Of a stretch of 64,000 bases of DNA, positions 27,212-38,650 are shown piece by piece. Origin of the DNA: Macrostomum lignano. Its lineage: Eukaryota. The position numbers were made by a program, and so were the translations under genes. Positions within the stretch are counted from its first letter, which is position 1. Every line of letters begins with the position of its first letter. The DNA lies in NCBI GenBank assembly GCA_002269645.1, contig NIVC01000707.1, positions 124,001 through 188,000 on the forward strand, read 5' to 3'. Under the pieces are notes generated by a model, which saw only the letters and a list, made by a program, of their open reading frames with translations, had not been told where the DNA came from and did not search any database.

Positions 27212-28037
27212 CCACAGCCTGGCACTGACACAAGCTTCTGCTGCTGCTGGCCACTCTGTGCTCTGTGCAAGGCTTGGTAGCTTATAACCACTGCTTGCAA
27301 ACCGGTTTTGGTTCCAAGTTAAGCATTTGTAGATAACTTTGCCAAGAGACGAAAGTATATTCGGGGATCTCTCACGTACCCCGTAGCCAGTTCTTGCAGT
27401 GGAGTGGAAATTTCTATTTTTAACTTTGAGTCTCAGTCTCAGAATGAGTCTCAGAATGCCAGTGTACATTGGATGTACATTTAGAGTGCGCGGCTGGACT
27501 AGTTTGAAAGCGGTTTCTGTGAAGCAGCGCACACGCCCTCTAAAAGTAATTTTCTTTGAATGCAATTGCTTCATTGCCCTTCAAATATATATTTATAATT
27601 TATGGATATGAAAATGTCGTAAATATGCTTTGTAAAACAATCTAAGAGATATAAGAGAATACCATTGATTATTCAAAATTAACATTTAGTATTTCACTAG
27701 CTATTTAGCCCCCCCCCCTTTTTGGGGCCTTAAAAATGACACCAAATTGCCATGAATCAAAACTTTCATCAAGAAAGTTTCTTTCATCAACCCAAAACCC
27801 TTTCTCAATCAGCAAATAGTGCTTATCCTTTCAAGCACAAACTCTTAGTGCATATTGTCACTGGCCGGGGGCATATTCTGGTCTAAAGCAGGAGCTCACG
27901 GCCTTATACCTCTCTTTATTAGCCTAACTCAAAGAATCCCCCAGAAAGCAAGCATCCCCCAGACAGCATGCATCCCCCAGACAGCAAGCATCAGCAAGCA
28001 TCCCCCAGACAGCAAGCGTCCCCCAAACCAAGCATAT

Positions 28038-29227
28038 GCTGGGCACTGATATTGAGGAAAAAATTGCCACAAGACGGCACCTATGTACCATTAAACTACT
28101 GCCTTTCTGTAGTTTGGAAAGCCCACTCATTAAAATTCATGTGCCTATCTTTGCTGTGTATGGCACTATATGTTTCGGTAAACTTTAAAACAAAATATTT
28201 TATTCTGGTAGAGTAGCTCGCTTAATAAATAGGAATAAAATGAATGAGAGAACAAACATTAACTCGTTTTTATTTACTTTAATTCAATTGCCAATGCATT
28301 TCGACCCTTCTAGGTCATCGTCAGGGCAGTAGTGAAATTGAAAATTCTAATAAACAGTTGAATAAATATACCTGTGATAACTTGAATACACAATATAAAT
28401 TATTGTACGTAGTTTTCAATCGACACAAGTTAACACACGGTGCAGTAGCGTACACTCCAAGCTAAAACACGCTGAGTTGGCGGCTGGCACTGGCACCCCC
28501 CATAGCTAGCTGGCAGTTTAGGCTCGGGTTCTGATCTTTGATGTACATAGAGCACACTTTGAATATCTTAGAGGGCTATGTCTGCCTGCCAGCGCACCAT
28601 GCTGAGTTTGGCCAAAATCTTTTGCGCGCCGTGGTTGCTTACAACAGCCACCACATTTAATCCCGGTAACTCGGTTTTCTGCTTTAAAAGAAATGGCAGT
28701 GGTTGTTAGTCTCACAGTAAAGTAGTATTCAAAGGACCCATAAATTTAAAATACTAAACTTTTTGCAAGCTCCCGTACTGTAGAAAGCTTTCATACTTTT
28801 GCTACTTTATATGCTAATACGAGCAATACCTTGCAATATTATTGCAGAAATGCATGTAGTTCTGGTTAATATTTGAGGAACTTGCTACACAAAAAGAATA
28901 TAGTTATTTTGAAATTTTTCTATAAAACCCATGCTGTTTCCGAGTATTTAAATGTAAACAATTTGTAATGTTATTTAACTTACTAAATCACAAGCTTGTA
29001 ATCTTGTACTCTTTTTGTACAAGTATACATTGAGTCTGCCACTTGCTAAGAATTTCTGCTTGTCTTATTAACGAGAGCAATTAACGAGAGCAATTGTACA
29101 CAGATTGTACACAAAGATAGGCACATGAATTTTAATGAGTGGGCTTTCTGAACTACAGAAAGGCAGTAGTTTAATGGTACATAGGTGCCGTCTTGTGGCA
29201 ATTTTTTCCCCAATATCAGTGCCCAGC
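28038..29227. mobile_element. Foldback/MITE-like segment bounded by 116-bp inverted repeats
   Basis: 28038-28153 is the reverse complement of 29112-29227 with ~4 mismatches. No TSD identified. Confidence 0.6.
28289..28328 (-). ncRNA. Type I minimal hammerhead ribozyme (solo)
   Basis: Minus strand TGCC-CTGACGA-T-GACC(TAGAAG)GGTC-GAAA-TGCA-TT/GGCA: stem I TGCC/GGCA, stem II GACC/GGTC, palindromic stem III ATGCAT, AUU cleavage triplet. Confidence 0.78.
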
Positions 29228-29689
29228 CTAACCTTTGGTAAGTCAGTCCCTTACTGTCTAAAATACTTAGATTAGCTTTTTTGACTTCAAAAATGCATTT
29301 ATTTTTAACTGACTGTTTATTCAAAATATTCTAGTTATCGATAATTTTCAGCTTCAAGAACAGTTGGAAGCCAAGAGAAGGCATGAAGGTCACGCGAACA
29401 TGGCACTAACATATAATAGCAAAACTTATCTCGGATTCACCCACAGCGGCTAAATATGAAACCAGAAACCCCAAAGGCCACTTGAGTGCAGCACTGACGT
29501 AGGCGTACGTTAATTTATTACGTTGTGCATCAGACGCAACCAGTGAGCCATTACTCACATGCTAAATATAGACTGCAAAGTACATGGCCTGTCCACGCCA
29601 ATAGAACACTATAAAAGCACTGCTAGATGTAGGGCTAGCATGGACCAACCATACAGGCCGCATTCGCAGCACCCACTGCCAGTCCTGAC

Positions 29690-31086
29690 ATGCCGGCATT
29701 CAGCAAAGTCACCGAGGACAAAATACACTCGGCCAGATCGCCCTACAGACTGGGTAAGCAGAGCTGTCCGCTCTCTGCAGCTTTTACTACTGAAATTTAC
29801 TCTGCCGTGATGTTAAAAAATTGCTCAACCACTGCTCCCTCACCGACCTTCCAGGCAGCCTGCTGTTCTGCGTCACCGCCGCCAGGTTCCCCGCCTTCGC
29901 CGAGTACGCGACGCGGCTGCGGTCGCTCAGTCGGTCGGCGGCGCCCTTCCTGGCTGATGAGGCGGCCCGGTGTCGCTGGGCGGATGCTGGCCTCTTCCTG
30001 CCGGCTGATGAGGCGGCCACCGGAGCAGTTCGCTGCTTCCACTGCGGCTGCCGGCTTCCGGTGCGGCCGGGCGGCCCGACCGACGAGCCGCTGCGGCTTC
30101 ACGAGCAGCTGGGAGGCGAGCAGTGCGAGCTGCTCACGCTGCTCAAGGTTGCTCACGGAATGCTGAGCGAGCGACACGACCGGGTCGTCGCCACCTCCAC
30201 CAAGCTGAGACGCGCGCTCGCCAAGCTGAGCAGCGACCTGCTCGAGCGCAGATCGATGCTCGGTCTGGTCGAGTCGTTCGGCTTCGCCAGGAGCAGCGTG
30301 CTGTACTGCGCCTGCCGGCACTTCATGACTCGGGGCGGCCAGCTGGCCTGCAGGCCGGGCGACCTCATCGAGATGATCCGCGAGTTCGAGGAGCTGCAGC
30401 CCGACTGGGGTCACGTGATCGACGTGGAGGCCGTGCTGAGCGACTGCGCGACGCTGAACGAGTCGGGAGCGTCAGGGGAGCGTCAGCAGAGACCCGCATT
30501 GGAGCAGCAGAGACCCGCACTGGAGCAGCAGAGACCCGCACTGGAGCAGCAGCAGAGACCCGCACTGGAGCAGCAGAGACCCGCACTGGAGCAGCAGCAG
30601 AGACCCGCACTGGAGCAGCAGAGACCCGCACTGGAGCAGCAGAGATCCGCACTGGAGCAGCAGAGACCCGCACTGGAGCAGCAGCAGAGACCCGCACTGG
30701 AGCAGCAGAGACCCGCACTGGAGCAGCAGAGACCCGCACTGGAGCAGCAGAGACCCGCACTGGAGCAGCAGAGACCCGCACTGGAGCAGCAGAAATCAGA
30801 AGCCCTTCAATCCCGAGCCCAAGCAGCCAGAAGTTCCAAGCCCCAGTCAGCGCAGGCTGCAGAGAAGTCCGGTCACCTGGGCTTTCATTCGCAGATCTCC
30901 GTGGAGGAGGACGCAGAGGTCGCAGCTCAGAGTGATAAGTGCCTGCTGTGCCGAGAGCGCACCCGGGATCACGTGACCCTGCCGTGCGCGCACTTCTTGC
31001 TGTGCCGCGGCTGCCTGAGCTCGAGTTCGGCCTGTCCGCAGTGCGGATCCCGCATCCTGGGAGCTGTCAGGGCCTACATTACCTGA
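29690..31086 (+). CDS. IAP-like protein copy 3, join(29690..29753,29855..31086)
   Basis: Exon 1 MPAFSKVTEDKIHSARSPYRL-G with phase-1 donor G/GTAAGC; TATAAAA at 29610-29616. BIR, UBA-like, 14 repeats (three with an extra Q). RING tail nearly identical to copy 1. Confidence 0.87.
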
Positions 31087-31782
31087 GCCATTTTGCTGCG
31101 ACTTTGAAACGCCTTTGTTGGTTCCGGCAGCGCATTTTATAGGATTTCGCGAAGAATTTTCGACTCAACTTTCATGGACGACTCAGGTTGGACTCAAAAT
31201 GGCAGTTCTTGCTTGATTTTTTTACTTAAATTTTGATCTACCGGCTGGCTTGAAGTTTGACTGTCGGTCTTTTGCCACAATTGAGTTCTTGGTTGTTTAT
31301 CTAGCCTTTCTCTCCGCCTTCAAAGTCTTCAATGCTGAATTGTTTTACTATAATGCGTATAAAGAATAACTGCGTTTTACTTAGATAAAACTTATATTTA
31401 AGCTTTTTATTATGTTTTATAGATTAGTTCGCTTCGTCAAGACTCAAGACGTTAATTGGTTTGTTAAAATGCGCTCTATGAAATATTTTGTACTGTTATT
31501 TATTATCAACAATAAATAAACCGGTCGTATTAACGAAATTCCAAGTGACTTCTCGAGGGCTTTTCTCAGAGTTTTTGGTGCCCAAAATTTGGTGGGATTT
31601 CATTGTCGGCTATGCCGTTTAGGAGTATTTAGGACAATGACCTGTGGGCCTATTTCGAGCTCTCAATGAGCTTTTATGCTCCTTATGATACCGAAGTATT
31701 GTCCTAAAAATATGAGCAGTCTGGGATCAGCCGCTATCAGGCATGAGGGAGAAACAAATGTTGTGCCTTCGCCTGCAGCTGT

Positions 31783-32880
31783 GCAGTCTCTGACCCTCAT
31801 CTCCGCTCCCCTTCTCTCCCTCCCTGCAGCCTCTGAACCTCATCTCCGCTCCCCTTCCCTCCCTCCCTGCAGCCTCTGAACCTCATCTCCGCTCCCCTTC
31901 TCTCCCTCCCTGCAGCCTCTGACCCTCATCTCCGCTCCCCTTCCCTCCCTCCCTGCAGCCTCTGACCCTCATCTCCGCTCCCCTTCTCTCCCTCCCTGCA
32001 GCCTCTGAACCTCATCTCCGCTCCCCTTCTCTCCCTCCCTGCAGCCTCTGACCCTCATCTCCGCTCCCCTTCCCTCCCTCCCTGCAGCCTCTGAACCTCA
32101 TCTCCGCTCCCCTTCCCTCCCTCCCTGCAGCCTCTGAACCTCATCTCCGCTCCCCTTCTCTCCCTCCCTGCAGCCTCTGACCCTCATCTCCGCTCCCCTT
32201 CTCTCCCTCCCTGCAGCCTCTGAACCTCATCTCCGCTCCCCTTCTCTCCCTCCCTGCAGCCTCTGAACCTCATCTCCGCTCCTCTTCCCTCCCTCCCTGC
32301 AGCCTCTGAATCTCATCTCCGCTCCCCTTCCCTCCCTCCCTGCAGCCTCTGAACCTCATCTCCGCTCCCCTTCCCTCCCTCCCTGCAGCCTCTGAATCTC
32401 ATCTCCGCTCCCCTTCTCTCCCTCCCTGCAGCCTCTGAACCTCATCTCCGCTCCCCTTCTCTCCCTCCCTGCAGCCTCTGAACCTCATCTCCGCTCCCCT
32501 TCCCTCCCTCCCTGCAGCCTCTGAACCTCATCTCCGCTCCCCTTCTCTCCCTCCCTGCAGCCTCTGAATCTCATCTCCGCTCCCCTTCTCTCCCTCCCTG
32601 CAGCCTCTGAACCTCATCTCCGCTCCCCTTCTCTCCCTCCCTGCAGCCTCTGAACCTCATCTCCGCTCCCCTTCCCTCCCTCCCTGCAGCCTCTGAATCT
32701 CATCTCCGCTCCCCTTCCCTCCCTCCCTGCAGCCTCTGAACCTCATCTCCGCTCCCCTTCCCTCCCTCCCTGCAGCCTCTGAATCTCATCTCCGCTCCCC
32801 TTCTCTCCCTCCCTGCAGCCTCTGAACCTCATCTCCGCTCCCCTTCCCTCCCTCCCTGCAGCCTCTGAACCTCATCTCCC
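31783..32880. repeat. 43-bp minisatellite, ~25 units
   Basis: Unit CTGCAGCCTCTGAACCTCATCTCCGCTCCCCTTCTCTCCCTCC. Confidence 0.97.
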
Positions 32881-33842
32881 TTTCACTTAGTTTTGAATAA
32901 ATTCTGCACACAATCATCATCACAAAACAATATTTTAAATCTCTTAGATCTGTCTGACCGGTATTTCAGTATTCAGCCTGAATGCCTGAACCGAATTTTT
33001 TTCAAACTTGCTGTATTGAATTGGAAATTCTTGTGAGATTGTGTGGGTGTAATTGCATTAAAAAATTAGAATGGGAAGATGGTTAAATATTCGAAAAACT
33101 GTATTTTCCCCATCTATTTAGTGTATTTTTTCGCAGTGAGGGCTCAATATGTCTTTGGCCATAGACTAAACTTCAGCTTCTTGAGCTGATGCTCCGAGCT
33201 ATAAATAATTAAATACGAGTATTCGAAAACATGCTTTTTTGCATAAGGGAGAGATATCAGCCAGTGCACTTTAAAAGTATTGAATTATTGCGCAACTTTT
33301 TTTTAATTTGTTTTTTTTTTTTATTGCGCAACTGTGTATAGGCCTCACTGCTATATATCACTCACTGTGTATATCACTGCTATGTATTTGACTGCAGTGC
33401 CGAAGCATATATGGCTGATGCTAAAAATGGTCTGTCGGTGTGTGCCCCGGTGGGTGCTTGCTACGTCTGTTGGATGCTTGCTGTTTGGCGCCACTATATA
33501 GTATATGCAAATGATAGAAAAATGCTCAGCGGCTGCGTGCTGTTTGGGAAATGCTTGCTGTCTTGGGGATGCTTGCTGTCTGAGGAATGCTTGCTGTCTT
33601 GGGGATGCTTGCTGTCTGAAAAATGCTTGCTGTCTGCGGGCCTGTCTGCAATGTGCAATTTCATGTTCATGAATTTTTGAAACAAATGCAACCCATTGAG
33701 TTCGCGGGTACGTAGCGGAGTGCAGCGAACATTGAACCCTTAAATCTAGACTTAGTGTAGACTGAAGTCCAAAGTACTGAGAGATAAACATTGCGCCCAG
33801 AGTTCGCATAAGTCTATTGATACGAAGTACTGACGCCAGACA

Positions 33843-36597
33843 CCAGGTAGATCAGAGCCGTAAGCTAATGACACTGCAGGTAGATCAGAGCCGTAAGCTA
33901 ATGACACTGCAGGTAGATCAACTGTAGGCTAATGACACTGCAGGTAGATCAGAGCCGTAAGCTAATGACACTGCAGGTAGATCAACTGTAGGCTAATGAC
34001 ACTGCAGGTAGATCAGAGCCGTAAGCTAATGACACTGCAGGTAGATCAACTGTAGGCTAATGACACTGCAGGTAGATCAACTGTAGGCTAATGGCACTGC
34101 AGGTAGATCAGAGCCGTAAGCTAATGACACTGCAGGTAGATCAGCTGTAGGCTAATGACACTGCAGGTAGATCAGCTGTAGGCTAATGGCACTGCAGGTA
34201 GATCAGAGCCGTAAGCTAATGGCACTGCAGGTAGATCAACTGTAGGCTAATGACACTGCAGGTAGATCAGAGCCGTAAGCTAATGACACTGCAGGTAGAT
34301 CAACTGTAGGCTAATGACACTGCAGGTAGATCAACTGTAGGCTAATGACACTGCAGGTAGATCAGAGCCGTAAGCTAATGACACTGCAGGTAGATCAACT
34401 GTAGGCTAATGACACTGCAGGTAGATCAACTGTAGGCTAATGGCACTGCAGGTAGATCAGAGCCGTAAGCTAATGACACTGCAGGTAGATCAGAGCCGTA
34501 AGCTAATGACACTGCAGGTAGATCAACTGTAGGCTAATGGCACTGCAGGTAGATCAGAGCCGTAAGCTAATGACACTGCAGGTAGATCAGCTGTAGGCTA
34601 ATGACACTGCAGGTAGATCAGCTGTAGGCTAATGGCACTGCAGGTAGATCAGAGCCGTAAGCTAATGGCACTGCAGGTAGATCAACTGTAGGCTAATGAC
34701 ACTGCAGGTAGATCAGAGCCGTAAGCTAATGACACTGCAGGTAGATCAACTGTAGGCTAATGACACTGCAGGTAGATCAACTGTAGGCTAATGACACTGC
34801 AGGTAGATCAGAGCCGTAAGCTAATGACACTGCAGGTAGATCAACTGTAGGCTAATGACACTGCAGGTAGATCAACTGTAGGCTAATGGCACTGCAGGTA
34901 GATCAGAGCCGTAAGCTAATGACACTGCAGGTAGATCAGAGCCGTTAGCTAATGACACTGCAGGTAGATCAACTGTAGGCTAATGGCACTGCAGGTAGAT
35001 CAGAGCCGTAAGCTAATGACACTGCAGGTAGATCAGCTGTAGGCTAATGACACTGCAGGTAGATCAGCTGTAGGCTAATGGCACTGCAGGTAGATCAGAG
35101 CCGTAAGCTAATGGCACTGCAGGTAGATCAACTGTAGGCTAATGACACTGCAGGTAGATCAGAGCCGTAAGCTAATGACACTGCAGGTAGATCAACTGTA
35201 GGCTAATGACACTGCAGGTAGATCAACTGTAGGCTAATGGCACTGCAGGTAGATCAGAGCCGTAAGCTAATGACACTGCAGGTAGATCAACTGTAGGCTA
35301 ATGACACTGCAGGTAGATCAACTGTAGGCTAATGGCACTGCAGGTAGATCAGAGCCGTAAGCTAATGACACTGCAGGTAGATCAGCTGTAGGCTAATGAC
35401 ACTGCAGGTAGATCAACTGTAGGCTAATGACACTGCAGGTAGATCAGCTGTAGGCTAATGACACTGCAGGTAGATCAGCTGTAGGCTAATGGCACTGCAG
35501 GTAGATCAGCTGTAGGCTAATGGCACTGCAGGTAGATCAGAGCCGTAAGCTAATGGCACTGCAGGTAGATCAGCTGTAGGCTAATGACACTGCAGGTAGA
35601 TCAGCTGTAGGCTAATGGCACTGCAGGTAGATCAGAGCCGTAAGCTAATGGCACTGCAGGTAGATCAGCTGTAGGCTAATGGCACTGCAGGTAGATCAAC
35701 TGTAGGCTAATGACACTGCAGGTAGATCAGCTGTAGGCTAATGGCACTGCAGGTAGATCAGAGCCGTAAGCTAATGGCACTGCAGGTAGATCAGCTGTAG
35801 GCTAATGACACTGCAGGTAGATCAGCTGTAGGCTAATGGCACTGCAGGTAGATCAACTGTAGGCTAATGGCACTGCAGGTAGATCAACTGTAGGCTAATG
35901 GCACTGCAGGTAGATCAACTGTAGGCTAATGACACTGCAGGTAGATCAGCTGTAGGCTAATGACACTGCAGGTAGATCAGCTGTAGGCTAATGACACTGC
36001 AGGTAGATCAGCTGTAAGCTAATGGCACTGCAGGTAGATCAACTGTAGGCTAATGACACTGCAGGTAGATCAACTGTAGGCTAATGACACTGCAGGTAGA
36101 TCAACTGTAGGCTAATGACACTGCAGGTAGATCAACTGTAGGCTAATGACACTGCAGGTAGATCAACTGTAGGCTAATGACACTGCAGGTAGATCAACTG
36201 TAGGCTAATGGCACTGCAGGTAGATCAACTGTAGGCTAATGACACTGCAGGTAGATCAACTGTAGGCTAATGGCACTGCAGGTAGATCAACTGTAGGCTA
36301 ATGACACTGCAGGTAGATCAGCTGTAGGCTAATGACACTGCAGGTAGATCAGCTGTAAGCTAATGGCACTGCAGGTAGATCAGCTGTAAGCTAATGGCAC
36401 TGCAGGTAGATCAGCTGTAGGCTAATGACACTGCAGGTAGATCAGCTGTAAGCTAATGACACTGCAGGTAGATCAGCTGTAGGCTAATGACACTGCAGGT
36501 AGATCAACTGTAAGCTAATGACACTGCAGGTAGATCAGCTGTAGGCTAATGGCACTGCAGGTAGATCAGCTGTAGGCTAATGGCACTGCAGGTAGAT
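33843..36597. repeat. Composite 31/33-bp minisatellite with 446-bp higher-order repeat
   Basis: Constant GCTAATG(A/G)CACTGCAGGTAGATCA plus GAGCCGTAA (33-bp unit) or (A/G)CTGTAG (31-bp unit). A 14-monomer block recurs at 34141, 34587 and 35033. Confidence 0.97.
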
Positions 36598-36872
36598 GCT
36601 CGGTCTTGTCGAGACGTTCAGCTTCGTCAGAGCTATTGAAAAACTGAAAAAATAATCTATAAAGCGATAGCCAAACTTGACGCACTTGATAGCAACCGAA
36701 AGTGACCCAGCAGACCAAAGGTCATAGTGCAGTGCATTCTTGCCCAAAAATAACTGTGAACCAGAGGACTGCAGCAAAATACTTTATTAGCCTAGCCCAA
36801 GCTTTATTCTAAAACCTGTTTAGCTCTCGAGCGAAGCGCTGCATCTGCTGGAACTGAGCCTACCGATCCCCG

Positions 36873-38061
36873 ATGCACAGCTGCCGGCTACTTGGAGCCA
36901 AGGTTGCCGCGAGACTGCAGCCCGGAACAGCCTACGTGAGCAGTAAGTGAGCAAACAAAGACCCCCCCATCTTGGCGGAGTTGGCCTAAACCTGCAGAAC
37001 TGATTGACCTCCTTCCAGGTAGCCTGCTGTTCTGCGTCACCGCCGCCAGGTTCCCCGCTTTCGCCGAGTACGCGACGCGGCTGCGGTCGCTCAGTCGGTC
37101 GGCGGCGCCCTTCCTGGCTGATGAGGCGGCCCGGTGTCGCTGGGCGGATGCTGGCCTCTTCCTGCCGGCTGATGAGGCGGCCACCGGAGCAGTTCGCTGC
37201 TTCCACTGCGGCTGCCGGCTTCCGGTGCGGCCGGACGGCCCGACCGACGAGCCGCTGCGGCTTCACGAGCAACTGAGAGGCGAGCAGTGCGAGCTGCTCA
37301 CGCTGCTCAAGGTTGCTCACGGAATGCTGAGCGAGCGACACGACCGGGTCGTCGCCACCTCCGCCAAGCTGAGACGCGCGCTCGCCAAGCTGAGCAGCGA
37401 CCTGCTCGAGCGCAGATCGATGCTCGGTCTGGTCGAGTCGTTCGGCTTCGCCAGGAGCAGCGTGCTGTACTGCGCCTGCCGGCACTTCATGACTCGGGAC
37501 GGCCAGCTGGCCTGCAGGCCGGGCGACCTCATCGAGATGATCCGCGAGTTCGAGGAGCTGCAGCCCGACTGGGGTCACGTGATCGACGTGGAGGCCGTGC
37601 TGAGCGACTGCGCAACGCTGAACGAGTCGGGAGCGTCAGGGGAGCGGCAGAGACCCGCACTGGAGCAGCAGAGACCCACACTGGAGCAGCAGAGACCCGC
37701 ACTGGAGCAGCAGAGACCCGCACTGGAGCAGCAGAGACCCACAATGGAACAGCAGAGACCCGCACTGGAACAGCAGAGACCCGCACTGGAACAGCAGAGA
37801 CCCGCACTGGAGCAGCAGAGACCCACACTGGAGCAGCAGAGACCCGCACTGGAGCAGCAGAGACAGTCCGCATCAGCCTGTTCCATCAGCAAGAATTCAG
37901 TTGCATCAGACAGGTGCACGGGTTGCTGGCAAAGTGCCAAGAGCCAGGTAACCCTGCCCTGCGCGCACCTGCTGCTGTGTGCTGACTGCCTTCAAGCTCG
38001 GTCCCGCTGCCCCAGCTGTGGGGTACGAATCTTGGCCTCCGTTCGGGCCTATCTCGTTTGA
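36873..38061 (+). CDS. IAP-like protein copy 4, join(36873..36942,37019..38061)
   Basis: Exon 1 MHSCRLLGAKVAARLQPGTAYVS-S with phase-1 donor A/GTAAGT. Same core (~9 substitutions in ~630 bp versus copy 3); 10 repeats; divergent RING CTGC...PCAHLLLCADC...CPSC. Confidence 0.83.
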
Positions 38062-38396
38062 GGCGAGCTCAGTGATTGCCAGCAGCACCTGTGGCCCTTA
38101 CCCTTCCCATGTCTTTCATGTTTGAACCTAAAAAAATAAGTTTGAAAAGTCACATCAACAGTCATTGCGATCCTTCTTTTTTCAAGTTGTATTTGTTTGA
38201 ACATTCACTTGATAATCAAGCGACGAAAACCCCGCCGCAGGCTGACGACGTTGAGTCTGAAAAATGCGAATTGAGTGGCTGAGCTGACTCGCACTGCTGA
38301 TCTGATCTGTTGGATTAATATTGCAAGCTTCTCACTAGTTCGAAATAAAACTTATTCAGCGATATGCTCGCTTTTTCACGCTTCTGCTTAGCTCTC

Positions 38397-38641
38397 CCTA
38401 GCAACCCATCTCCCTAGCAACCCATCTCCCTAGCAACCATCTCCCTAGCAACCCATCTCCCTAGCAACCCATCTCCCTAGCAACCCATCTCCCTAGCAAC
38501 CCATCTCCCTAGCAACCCATCTCCCTAGCAACCCATCTCCCTAGCAACCCATCTCCCTAGCAACCCATCTCCCTAGCAACCCATCTCCCTAGCAACCCAT
38601 CTCCCTAGCAACCCATCTCCCTAGCAACCCATCTCCCTAGT
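38397..38641. repeat. 16-bp minisatellite (CTCCCTAGCAACCCAT), ~15 units
   Basis: Near-perfect tandem array, probably intronic to the secreted-protein gene. Confidence 0.96.
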
Positions 38642-38650
38642 AATGTGATC

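Noticed and set aside
33843-36597. CRISPR-like look (constant repeat plus variable spacer)
   Set aside because: The 'spacers' are only 7-9 bp and of two recurring types, there are no cas genes, and the context is eukaryotic; it is a minisatellite.
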